From IMG/VR virus record IMGVR_UViG_3300044448_008243, positions 8,088-72,087 of that record: a stretch of 64,000 nt of DNA. The stretch is one strand, 5' to 3'. The position numbers were made by a program, and so were the translations under genes. The stretch's first letter is position 1, and each line of letters begins with the position of its first letter. The notes below the pieces were generated by a model. It was not told the DNA's origin and did no database searches. It saw only the letters and a program-made list of their open reading frames with translations. The stretch comes from a virus. Taxonomy: Duplodnaviria; Caudoviricetes. Positions 47,202-57,271 of this stretch are shown here, one piece after another.

Positions 47202-50200
47202 ATGGCAAACGATTATTTTTTTAAAGTTAAATTAAGTAAAGATCCGGTAAAAGTTTCTTCAACAGCTACGATTCATCTTCCCTTTATTGATGATGGCTCA
47301 GAAGCCAGCACAGTCCCGTACTTGCATGGGTGGGGTGTCCCCGTTGATGGAAAGATCAATAAACGCATTTCAGATGATATGGGGACAAATTATTACAATA
47401 ATCTTTCTGCATATTTAGCTCACAAAACAGATTGGCAAAACATTCTGGCTAATGAGGAAATCGCCGATACAGATATGACAGGATTTCCTGATGGGTATCC
47501 AACAGATCAGTTAATTTTTGATTTAAATGATTTTTTAACAAGAGAATTAACCGCAGAAGCAATCTTTCAAGATCGCCACCTTTCACCAGCTTCACTAATG
47601 TCAATTTACAAACATTGGACTCCCACAAAATTTGGCGATTTTGTTCTTGAAACCTTAGTAGGAAAGTCTCTTAAGCAGGCACTTTTATACAACTATTTTG
47701 GTTTTCCTGTTAGAAATTTGAGCGATTACTATGGCGTGAAGTATCCCGGTCCAAAAAGCACTCTTCAACAAAATTGGGTACAAAAGACGTACTACAAGTC
47801 CGGTGACTCGGGCGCACCACTCTTGCCCGACACCTCCAATAAAGACGGATCAAACTTCTATTCCATGGGAAATATTCCCAGCTTTGGAACATCGGATTCC
47901 ACAAGTATACCATTAGCTTCTTTTGACTGGGGCTCTTCAACAACAAACTTAAATTCTTTTGGAACTGGCACGGGTTATATGCAAAACCCGAACATGTCAA
48001 TTGTAGCTCAATTGGCTGGGTCTTCAATGCAAGACTTTGTAGATATGGGATATCAGGGGTTTACGCCCCTAAATCATCTTTATCAATCTAGGACACCAAA
48101 GATTGTAATGCCGCCAGACTTTGGAACAGCGGTATATAAACATGCCTTTGTTCTTGCTAGTGACGGTAATTTTATCGATGGACTTGGTATAACCTTCGGC
48201 ACCGGCACTGCGTTAGAAAGACCTGACGTTACTTCCAATATTTTATATTATGGAGGTGCCACCGGGGAGTATTATTATGACCCTATGGCTCCTCAAGAAG
48301 CCCAAGACTCCATGACACATGGCGGTGAGTTTCCACCAATGTTCAGTCTGTATGATAGCCCTTGGAATCATTTGACACCAACACATGCAAAAGTATTCAT
48401 GCCGTCGCTCCCAGCTGCCATGAGCGGTCAACTGCACAAGGTAATGAACGGAGCAAACGGTCTTTTGCATTCAAAATTCTTTTACAGATTTTATAAATTT
48501 CTAAATTCTGTGGGATTCGACCCAGTTGAAGATCTTACAAGCTCAGACAACTTCGACGAAGCTATAGCCGAAAAACTTCCTCTTTTGATTCCATCGGGAG
48601 ATGACCCAGAATTAAGCTTTAAATTTACAAATCTTGCTAGTGCTATGAAGCTTGTTCCGTATGGCACAAAAGAAGAAAATTTGCAGTATTATCTTGAGAA
48701 CCCCAATCAAACATTGAACGAAATGAGAAGAAGAATTTTTGATTTTGTTTTATATGTTGTGCCTGATAATGTAAGACATGCGTGTCCAAGACCAGCCACA
48801 TTGGAACCGGACTCTAAAGCTTTGGTCACCTCTGTGAAGCCAGAAGCCATTGAAAATCCAGCCCTTGCAACGACTGTACAATTAAAAAGAATGGTTTCAG
48901 GAAGTTTCTTTGAGCTTTCCTGTGTGCCACCCCTCGTTGGTTCCGCAACAGAAAATAAAACAAACTATTTGGGCGAAAGGTCTCAAATGGAAGATGTGCT
49001 TGAATCCGCGCATAGAGATACTTTAATTAATATACAAGCTAATGTTATTGCCAATAAAGGGATTGATTCTATATTCACATATAATAGAGCGAACCAGAGA
49101 TTTAAAGAAGCACCGGGAGAGGCGGGAAATTACATGGTTGATGTTGCCTTCAACCCACAATCGGATCTCGGAGTTAAAAAGCCTAATGATATGGACCCTA
49201 GCGCTATATTATATAAATATGGCGTGACTTTCGGTCCCTATCTGCTAAATCCAGCTGGAATAAGTGTGGATACATCCATACCAAAATTTACCGACGAGCA
49301 GATAGATTATTCATTTAAGTTTGGGTTACCCGCGAATTATTTTATTGGTCACAGAAATCAATTCGGAGAACCACCACTTTACGCAGATGATGTATTAGTG
49401 CATCATCCACAGTTGGCTGGTGAGTTGGTGCACAATAATCAACAGTTTGCTGTAATGCCTGTTAGTCCTCAGACTCTTTATTCCATGATTGATTCACTGC
49501 CAAATGTGGTCAGAAGAATTTTATCAACAAATACAAACCCTCAGTTCAAAGACTTTAAATATTTTTCTACAAACGAAAATATTAATTTTGAAGATCCCAT
49601 TGAAAGAACAAGGTTTATCACAAATTTATGGATGATATATCATTTTGCAGCCATACCCATTAATTTATATGAGCAAGGACATAATTTTCTGTTAGACAGT
49701 TCGAATATATTTAGTTCAAATTACTGGAGTGACACAGTAGGTTTAGCAGCCACACCTGCCCCTGCGGAGGGCTTACAGTTTAAAGTAGATTTTGCTAAAG
49801 AAAGGGGTATTTTTATAGATTACCCACCCTTGTTACTACATGCCCTAGCCAGTGATCCAACAAGAAACATAGTGAAAAACTATATGCCATCTGTCGCAGT
49901 GAAACAGGGCAGGTATACTGAAGGTACGGGAAACCTTGCGGGGTATGCTATGGATGTTCTACAGCTTCTTACCGGGGCTTATCCAAAGGATGACGGCACC
50001 ATTATGTCATCCGACTCTCTCCTCGGATCAGGAGCAACCACCATCCGTGACTTGCTCGGAGGAAACCCCGGCAACGAGACTCGCTATATTGTAACACAAA
50101 AATCAAAACTTCTTTTTCCTGTTTGGGATTATCAACGCGGTGCATCAAATTCTTTCGGAAAGTTTGAACAATTTTCAGCCGGTCCTTATGATTTGAACGC

Positions 50201-53200
50201 TATTAATTGGCCTCTAACAATAAACTCTTCTCCTTCCTCTGGCATGAGCTTAACAAGAATGAAGCAGTTTCTAGAAGACGCAGAACCGTTGGTGCCAGAT
50301 TTTGACTTTGAAGCACTAACAGAAGACAACCCAAAGCTGCTAGATAAGCCAAGAGAATGCGTACCAAATTGGTGCACCAAATTACAAGTTTACCCAACAA
50401 TACACAAAAGTTCTGCAAAATTTGGATTTATAAAGGAAGAATTAGATTTTATAGGAACTAAAATATTTAAAACTGGAGAAGACAACGACGACAAAGAGGA
50501 TTTGGTTGATGGTTTTAATTCTGGCGCAGGAGTCTCAACAGATGGCATACAATATTTGACTGCTGATGACCCCGCAGATTTAGCCAAAACAATAGATTTT
50601 AACTCTGCATTATTAACAAATTATAAAAATGAAAATTTGCCGTTAAAAGACAAGGCAAAGCCACACATCGCTGTGAGATTCCAATATAATACAGATGTTG
50701 CCAAGGGAATCCTGTATGAAACGGCACCATTTGGCACCGTTAACTTTGACTTTAAAACTGCTGCTTATAGAAAAGGCGAAGAGACCTCTCCAAACTACAG
50801 AAATGAAGCTATTGGATACGCAGAATTAACATACGCTACTGATTTAGAAATAGATGAAAGAAAATTATTTTTGGACATGTTGCGTCACGGTGTGTTTTCC
50901 TTGGCGGGAACAGGAGATGAGTACAAGGAAGCAGGTTTTGAATTGGATGAGTTATTTGAAAATGGCTCTCCTGATTCTTTTTTGTCTGCTGATTTAAAAG
51001 AAAAATACAGAATATACATTGAGTCTATAGCAGGTATTTTGGGGGCAGTAGATTTTAGTAATCTTCCAAGTTTTCTTCAAGGAACAGATGTAACGCAAGA
51101 GCTTGCAAACGCGCTAGTAGAAAAAGAGCAAGAGTTTTATGATAAGTATATTAGTCTAACAAATGAGGCTGGTAAGTGTGGGGCAACTAGCATAGTATTG
51201 GTTGACCGGGGCAAAGCGCCAACAACAAAGGAAGCGTTATCGGTAATGAGGGTTGCTCCGGGTCTCAACGCAGATGTTGTATCGGAAACAAGAACCTATC
51301 CTCTAAAAAACCTTACGGTTGTTAAAGTTTTACAAGAATGGGTTAATGGGAATGGACCAGAAGGTGGAGATTTTAATTACATAGAAGTTGTAGATCCTGA
51401 CTCTCCTTTGAATGGAATTCAAGGATATGTGTTAGCTATTGATTTAGCACCTATAAAAGCGTTTTTGCCTCAATTTAATTACAAAGACGACCTATTCTTT
51501 ACGTCATATCCTCCACCTGAAAGTCCAGAGTTAGAATATAACACTAACTTCGCATTGAAAGAAAATGGAGGCTTAAGATTATCTCCCCTAGAGGGAAGAT
51601 ATGCGGTAAGGGCATACGAAGAAGGGCAAAGATTAACGACTCCTATATGGTGGAAAACAGATCAACCTTATTATAATTCTGAAGAGGGTAACTTTTGGTA
51701 CTCCGTCGAACTTGAAGGTGAGACATGTATTATTGATAGATCTGATTTGGAGACCAAAAAAATTGAAGCTATGAAAAAGGGAATTGCTGAAGTTTTAGAT
51801 TTCTTTGGTAAAGGCTATACAACTGACCAAGTTGAAATGCTCATGAACTGCTGTTTGGGCGCTGAAATAGCAAATTATTATATTGATTTGCGCCCCGGAG
51901 AGAGTATAAAATTTTTACTTAAGCTTGGGGCGATTTATGTAAATTCTTTTCCAAATTCTTATGAAACCCTCGATGAGTTAAAACAAAAAAGCACAAAAAT
52001 ATTAACTTTAGATACAAGATATTACGTCAATCATTTAGCTCAAGCAAATTTTGGTCTGAACAAAATGTATTTAGATATATTGAATTCAGTATACCGTGTC
52101 GAGGGTGTTAATTTTGCACTTGAAGCAGGTAGAATGGATAAAATTCCTATTTTACTAAAACAATTAATATCACTAAATGATTTTTCACTTAACGTAGAAG
52201 AGCAAAACTTAATAAATATTGGTTTTGATAACGATTACAATGTGATATTTATTTCTTACAATGAGGGTGCAAAGGAAGAGGGGGAAGCTTTACTTTCAAT
52301 AGGTTTTGATTACATAAAAAACAAAGAACCTTTTAATGTTCAAAACACAATGTCTCTGTTCTATCACCACAGGCAGCTTAAAAATCCTTTGCTTGATTGG
52401 AAATATGCTATAGAAGAATTTTTTGTAGAACCAAAACCTTTAATTGTTTTAAAAGATCAGACAACTTTGCCTGATCTACCCTCTTCTAAGTGCAAGCCCC
52501 CAAGATTTCAGCTTCCAACGTGGCAAGAACTTCTGGGTCCAATAGCTGCACAACTAGATGACGCACTTCAATTAGATCCGAGATATGATTTAGGCTCATT
52601 TCAGTTTAATCTAACGGAATTTTTGCCACCATGTCCAAAACCTCCATCTGGTAGGGGACCAGTATACTTTAAGGGAGAAATTGAAACAGTAACTGAAAGA
52701 GCTTTCTTTGAAGATATTGAATCCTTAAAAAGAATGGCAGACATTCGCGCTGGATACGATGAATATGTCGGAGATTTTATGGGGTCAGCGGAAGACTTAC
52801 AAGACATGGCTTCGAAGGTGTTTGACTTAGATGACTTGTATGATGTATTTCTGAGAAGAGTCGGAGGTTTCCCAGAGATTTATAATAAAATTTGCCGGTG
52901 TTTTATTGATTTAGCAGGCTTAGAAGATCTTGCTGTTCCAAATCTATCTGTAGATTTACAGGGTGGTTCTGGGGGACTAAATATTAAGCCCCTATCTTAT
53001 ATACCTTCTCTAGACCCAGATGCTCCATCTGATGTTTCAATAACAGGAGGGAAAAAAGCTGGATGGGATGATGGAGAGGAGTATGAGCTTGACGGAGGGT
53101 CTTTTGGGTCATTTCAAGCTTTTAAAGATTCAATTAATACTGATCCAACAATAATTGATGCTAAAGATTTAATATGTTCATTTTGCTTAGAAGTACCAGA

Positions 53201-56200
53201 TTTTTTCATCAGGCTACCAACTACAAACATACTAGATGTTTTAATTGATGCACTCCTGAAAGCCTTAGAGTTTATCTTAGCTCAACTTTTATTAGGTCTA
53301 TTAGCCACATTATTAGACTTATTATTACAATGCCCAGAAATAACATGTCCAGAGGGTGCCCAACGTGTAAAAGATTATGGAGCACAAGACTTGAATGATA
53401 TAATGTCAGGAGATACAACACCCGCCCAAATGATGGAGTTGTGTGGACTGGTTGTTGATGATCAATCTGTTACAGCTGGAGATGTACAAGATTTCTTAAT
53501 AGATCTTTCGGAAGTTCTTAGTTCAAGCGAGGTACTACAACTTTTTGATGGCTCAATGTCAGACAGGTTAATAAAAGTTGTTGATTCAAAAATTTCAAAT
53601 TATCCGGGCTTAAAACAGCAGCTCCCAAATACAGCAAAAATAAGAGACTTTTTTAGGTGTTTAGGATTTAAATTACCACCGGGCGCATTAGCTACAATTG
53701 AAGATGTCATAATTGAAAAATATCAAGACCCTGATGTATGTCAATCAATTTACGATGATGCAGTGGCAAAGCTTGGTGAAAAATGCGGCATAGTAGAAGA
53801 TAAAGACAAGATAATTAAAGACGCAACAGAGGCAGAGCTTGACAGATATAAGGCGTTAGCTAATTTGATCAGAGAATTGCCTGATTTAACTTCTCAAATA
53901 CCTCCTATTTTTGCTGACAATAAAGGAAACAAAGGGCTCTTATCTGGGTTGTCAAACCCTACTATTGATTACGCAGTAGAAAAAACGATAGAAAACGTCT
54001 TTAAGCCTGTATCTAGATCTTTAAACGAGGAGAGCAAAGCGTTTTTTAATCCAAGATCTAATGTAATGATTAAGATAGACCCGGACAAAAAAGCTGTTAT
54101 CGATAATGATTTGAGATCTTCTGCATTTTATATTCCTATAATGTCAACTATAGCCCTCGGACCAATAGGAGGAGTTGCTGCACTCATCTCGGCAGGCGTA
54201 CTTACAGGAACAGCATTGTTTTTTGATAAAGATGTGGGGCTGGGAGTTGGGAACTTTTTCCCAATGAATGACAACTTCGCCCCCGCCCTACCAAAAGGCT
54301 CTTCAGTAAACATTCCCTCTGTCGTGGGCATTCTAGAATCATTTGCTAGCGGAATCGTTGATGAAAAAAATTATTTAAAATTAGATGTAGAGAACAATTT
54401 TATATCAATAAAGGTGGGAGCATACAATGAAATTAGTAGCGTTTTAGTTGATGGTGGGTACATCGATGGTAACATAGATTTTAATTACCAGCTAACTGCG
54501 CCTGACAAAATCAATGGCGTTCCTGTATATACAAATAACCAAACAATTACAGCGAACGTGCCCTCAATTTCTTCTGGTTACAATGCATCGTCTAGCGAGA
54601 TTGTTTTATTCCCAAACGACAAGGACTCAAAAACAATTGACCAAGGATTGCTTGATCTTTTGAACCAATATGAATTAGATGATAGTACAATACCTCCACA
54701 AATACAATACTTTATGAAACTCCTTGCAGATAAAGTTTTTGCAGGCTTAAACACAAATAACGAGCAATTGAAAAATGCTAAAAACAAAATAGAGAATGTT
54801 TCTAGGCAAATTTATTCTGCTACGTTACAATCACTTGTTTCTGGTGTAGCTAATAGAATGGCTGGTGCAGAATACAGCAAAAAATTCTCTAGGAATCTTT
54901 TTGATGAGATAGAAGAGACAAGCATGGGGCTCGTTCCATTTCTTATAGATATCATAGACAAAACGCTTGCAATAGGCGGAGGCGAACTCGTAGCTGAAAC
55001 ATCGCACTGGGAATTAGAAAGATTTAATTTAACACCATCTGCTACAAATGACAAAAAATTCTCAGCTGGATTAATAGATTTAAATAGGGTAGCAAAAATT
55101 GCACAAGACAAGTACGATTTTTCTCAATACACTGATCCAAACTCATCAGAACTTGGAATGCCGCATTATGCGTTGCTTGAAGCAACCATTTCCGCTATTT
55201 TCCAAATGGTTTGCGGAGAGATGCTGTCAAGGGGCTTAATTTCGTTTAGCCAGTTCCCCTCGTATGTATTTACATCTCCTGACGATGCTTTTGTTGAGTT
55301 TGTTTACGAGGAGTTAAAAAGCTTTTTAACTGGAGTTGCAACAGAGCAATCTTGGGAGTCTGGTCTTGATGTAGCATTTCAGTTAAAGTTTCAAAATGTT
55401 ATTAAATTTATTGTATCTTCTAGGGCAGATTATGTTACTAATGAAGAAATCGACCCATATAACCCTCCTTCTTTAAATAATTTCTATCCCGGCAAGATAT
55501 TTGACACAAGAGACGGTCGTGAATATATCATTGACAATGCTAAGGATGCAATAAAATACTATATTAGACAAGAATTGCCTTCATCAATAGAGTTCTTAAC
55601 AAGCAGAGTGGCTAGTTTTGCATTAACTGATAATTCAAAAGCAACTCAGGCAAACCCTCTGGAACTTATATCTTATAGCACTCCTCTTTATGTTCATGAT
55701 GAAGTCTTTTCTACTGATATAGATGCAAAAGGGACTAGTGGTGCGAAAACCATAGAAGAAGAAAGCCCTTTTGATTTGCCATCATCTTTGTTTGACAATG
55801 AAAGATATGAATACTTTTTAAATGGAAGATTCTTTTTTCAACAATACTTTGAAATAGAAGAGCTTAGTTCAACTGAGGATAATTACAGAGAAGACCTTGT
55901 TAACAGGGATAGCACTACAAAGGGCATAATCAGCCAAGATAATTTATTTTTATTGATGGAGCAAATGACTGGCAATAAACTAGGCACAAAAGACCCATCA
56001 GGGTTAACGCCTTTGTTAAATGAAGAAGACATCAATGGAGATTTGGCTTTTAAAGACTTTTTTAAATCAATCAAGTTTGGTATGAGATTGTGTTATGGAT
56101 TCATAAGATCTGATAGAGAGTATGGCAACACTGAAGGAGCTATAGCTGGATATGAAGAAATAGATGCAGAGGGAGAACCTTATAAGCCTTATTCTGATAA

Positions 56201-56819
56201 TCAGGCAGAGCTATTTAAAACAATTTCTGATGTTATTGACGAAGCGCTTTGCGGAGAAAAAACCGCAATATCAGATTTAGATGGCACATATAATGAAAAA
56301 ATACAAGATGAGTTAAGGGAGTATATAAAGTTAACTAAAAGTATTGTGATAACAGAGTTTGATGAAGATATAGGCAATAATATAAACACAGTTCTAAAAT
56401 CTTATATATTCCCATTGCTTTTGAGAACCGTAGAAATAACAAATAACTCAGAGGATAAATTTAATTTTGAGCTGTTTGATCAAAACCCAGCTGATGTTGC
56501 ATTTAAGCCTGAATATCTCAGAGAGTACCTATATGTTAGTCAGGGACAACTTGCCCAACAGAAGTGTTTGCAGGAAATTGTTTTGTCTGATGAATACTCA
56601 GGTTTATTTAGATATAGCCTTTCTGTGCCACAAATGATATACATGTTTTCCATGATGAATATTGCAGTAGTTTCTGTAGATCCTAAAGTAAGAGGCGCAT
56701 TTTCGGACACAAGAACACACCTAAAAACAATATTTAATAGTATTTATACTATGACAGGACCCGAGAGGTATAAAAAATTAGATTCAGTTTCTGTCCCAAC
56801 AAATTTAAAAGAAAAATAG
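47202..56819 (+). CDS. 3205-aa giant protein of unknown function (baseplate/tail-associated)
   Basis: Uninterrupted ORF between the spike and gp25 genes, with an SH3-like segment and two hydrophobic helices. Confidence 0.75.
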   Translation: MANDYFFKVKLSKDPVKVSSTATIHLPFIDDGSEASTVPYLHGWGVPVDGKINKRISDDMGTNYYNNLSAYLAHKTDWQNILANEEIADTDMTGFPDGYPTDQLIFDLNDFLTRELTAEAIFQDRHLSPASLMSIYKHWTPTKFGDFVLETLVGKSLKQALLYNYFGFPVRNLSDYYGVKYPGPKSTLQQNWVQKTYYKSGDSGAPLLPDTSNKDGSNFYSMGNIPSFGTSDSTSIPLASFDWGSSTTNLNSFGTGTGYMQNPNMSIVAQLAGSSMQDFVDMGYQGFTPLNHLYQSRTPKIVMPPDFGTAVYKHAFVLASDGNFIDGLGITFGTGTALERPDVTSNILYYGGATGEYYYDPMAPQEAQDSMTHGGEFPPMFSLYDSPWNHLTPTHAKVFMPSLPAAMSGQLHKVMNGANGLLHSKFFYRFYKFLNSVGFDPVEDLTSSDNFDEAIAEKLPLLIPSGDDPELSFKFTNLASAMKLVPYGTKEENLQYYLENPNQTLNEMRRRIFDFVLYVVPDNVRHACPRPATLEPDSKALVTSVKPEAIENPALATTVQLKRMVSGSFFELSCVPPLVGSATENKTNYLGERSQMEDVLESAHRDTLINIQANVIANKGIDSIFTYNRANQRFKEAPGEAGNYMVDVAFNPQSDLGVKKPNDMDPSAILYKYGVTFGPYLLNPAGISVDTSIPKFTDEQIDYSFKFGLPANYFIGHRNQFGEPPLYADDVLVHHPQLAGELVHNNQQFAVMPVSPQTLYSMIDSLPNVVRRILSTNTNPQFKDFKYFSTNENINFEDPIERTRFITNLWMIYHFAAIPINLYEQGHNFLLDSSNIFSSNYWSDTVGLAATPAPAEGLQFKVDFAKERGIFIDYPPLLLHALASDPTRNIVKNYMPSVAVKQGRYTEGTGNLAGYAMDVLQLLTGAYPKDDGTIMSSDSLLGSGATTIRDLLGGNPGNETRYIVTQKSKLLFPVWDYQRGASNSFGKFEQFSAGPYDLNAINWPLTINSSPSSGMSLTRMKQFLEDAEPLVPDFDFEALTEDNPKLLDKPRECVPNWCTKLQVYPTIHKSSAKFGFIKEELDFIGTKIFKTGEDNDDKEDLVDGFNSGAGVSTDGIQYLTADDPADLAKTIDFNSALLTNYKNENLPLKDKAKPHIAVRFQYNTDVAKGILYETAPFGTVNFDFKTAAYRKGEETSPNYRNEAIGYAELTYATDLEIDERKLFLDMLRHGVFSLAGTGDEYKEAGFELDELFENGSPDSFLSADLKEKYRIYIESIAGILGAVDFSNLPSFLQGTDVTQELANALVEKEQEFYDKYISLTNEAGKCGATSIVLVDRGKAPTTKEALSVMRVAPGLNADVVSETRTYPLKNLTVVKVLQEWVNGNGPEGGDFNYIEVVDPDSPLNGIQGYVLAIDLAPIKAFLPQFNYKDDLFFTSYPPPESPELEYNTNFALKENGGLRLSPLEGRYAVRAYEEGQRLTTPIWWKTDQPYYNSEEGNFWYSVELEGETCIIDRSDLETKKIEAMKKGIAEVLDFFGKGYTTDQVEMLMNCCLGAEIANYYIDLRPGESIKFLLKLGAIYVNSFPNSYETLDELKQKSTKILTLDTRYYVNHLAQANFGLNKMYLDILNSVYRVEGVNFALEAGRMDKIPILLKQLISLNDFSLNVEEQNLINIGFDNDYNVIFISYNEGAKEEGEALLSIGFDYIKNKEPFNVQNTMSLFYHHRQLKNPLLDWKYAIEEFFVEPKPLIVLKDQTTLPDLPSSKCKPPRFQLPTWQELLGPIAAQLDDALQLDPRYDLGSFQFNLTEFLPPCPKPPSGRGPVYFKGEIETVTERAFFEDIESLKRMADIRAGYDEYVGDFMGSAEDLQDMASKVFDLDDLYDVFLRRVGGFPEIYNKICRCFIDLAGLEDLAVPNLSVDLQGGSGGLNIKPLSYIPSLDPDAPSDVSITGGKKAGWDDGEEYELDGGSFGSFQAFKDSINTDPTIIDAKDLICSFCLEVPDFFIRLPTTNILDVLIDALLKALEFILAQLLLGLLATLLDLLLQCPEITCPEGAQRVKDYGAQDLNDIMSGDTTPAQMMELCGLVVDDQSVTAGDVQDFLIDLSEVLSSSEVLQLFDGSMSDRLIKVVDSKISNYPGLKQQLPNTAKIRDFFRCLGFKLPPGALATIEDVIIEKYQDPDVCQSIYDDAVAKLGEKCGIVEDKDKIIKDATEAELDRYKALANLIRELPDLTSQIPPIFADNKGNKGLLSGLSNPTIDYAVEKTIENVFKPVSRSLNEESKAFFNPRSNVMIKIDPDKKAVIDNDLRSSAFYIPIMSTIALGPIGGVAALISAGVLTGTALFFDKDVGLGVGNFFPMNDNFAPALPKGSSVNIPSVVGILESFASGIVDEKNYLKLDVENNFISIKVGAYNEISSVLVDGGYIDGNIDFNYQLTAPDKINGVPVYTNNQTITANVPSISSGYNASSSEIVLFPNDKDSKTIDQGLLDLLNQYELDDSTIPPQIQYFMKLLADKVFAGLNTNNEQLKNAKNKIENVSRQIYSATLQSLVSGVANRMAGAEYSKKFSRNLFDEIEETSMGLVPFLIDIIDKTLAIGGGELVAETSHWELERFNLTPSATNDKKFSAGLIDLNRVAKIAQDKYDFSQYTDPNSSELGMPHYALLEATISAIFQMVCGEMLSRGLISFSQFPSYVFTSPDDAFVEFVYEELKSFLTGVATEQSWESGLDVAFQLKFQNVIKFIVSSRADYVTNEEIDPYNPPSLNNFYPGKIFDTRDGREYIIDNAKDAIKYYIRQELPSSIEFLTSRVASFALTDNSKATQANPLELISYSTPLYVHDEVFSTDIDAKGTSGAKTIEEESPFDLPSSLFDNERYEYFLNGRFFFQQYFEIEELSSTEDNYREDLVNRDSTTKGIISQDNLFLLMEQMTGNKLGTKDPSGLTPLLNEEDINGDLAFKDFFKSIKFGMRLCYGFIRSDREYGNTEGAIAGYEEIDAEGEPYKPYSDNQAELFKTISDVIDEALCGEKTAISDLDGTYNEKIQDELREYIKLTKSIVITEFDEDIGNNINTVLKSYIFPLLLRTVEITNNSEDKFNFELFDQNPADVAFKPEYLREYLYVSQGQLAQQKCLQEIVLSDEYSGLFRYSLSVPQMIYMFSMMNIAVVSVDPKVRGAFSDTRTHLKTIFNSIYTMTGPERYKKLDSVSVPTNLKEK

Positions 56820-56831
56820 GAATTTAAACTT

Positions 56832-57230
56832 ATGGCTTTTTATGCACCAGAATTACCATTGCAAAGAGATTCAAAAATGGGTTACAAGATGATTGAAACC
56901 TTTAAGAACACAGTAAAGCAAAATTTTAAAATGTTAATTTTAACAGTCCCCGGAGAAAGAGTGATGATACCTGACTTTGGTGTTGGTTTATATCAATTTT
57001 TATTTGAACCAGTGCCAACTGCGGAATTGCAAGAAAAAATCAGAGCAAGAATACTAGATCAGGTGGAAATATATCTTCCATTAGTTTCCATAAAAGATAT
57101 TAGTTTTTTCTATGATGACTCGCCAAGTCCAACGTCAGAACCAAACACATTGCAGGTCAGAGTGCAGTATTATATAAAAACACTAAATCAAAATGATACA
57201 TTAGAGATTAATGCTGGTACAAATTTTTAA
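56832..57230 (+). CDS. gp25: Baseplate wedge gp25/GPW-like protein
   Basis: VKQNFKMLILTVPGERVMIPDFGVGL..FLFE. Confidence 0.93.
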   Translation: MAFYAPELPLQRDSKMGYKMIETFKNTVKQNFKMLILTVPGERVMIPDFGVGLYQFLFEPVPTAELQEKIRARILDQVEIYLPLVSIKDISFFYDDSPSPTSEPNTLQVRVQYYIKTLNQNDTLEINAGTNF

Positions 57231-57237
57231 TAAAAAT

Positions 57238-57245
57238 ACTATTTA
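57238..57245 (+). promoter_or_regulatory. ACTATTTA motif upstream of the gp6-like gene
   Basis: Exact copy of the motif in a short intergenic gap. Confidence 0.55.
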
Positions 57246-57271
57246 AATAAAACACAAGAGGGTTAAAAAAA

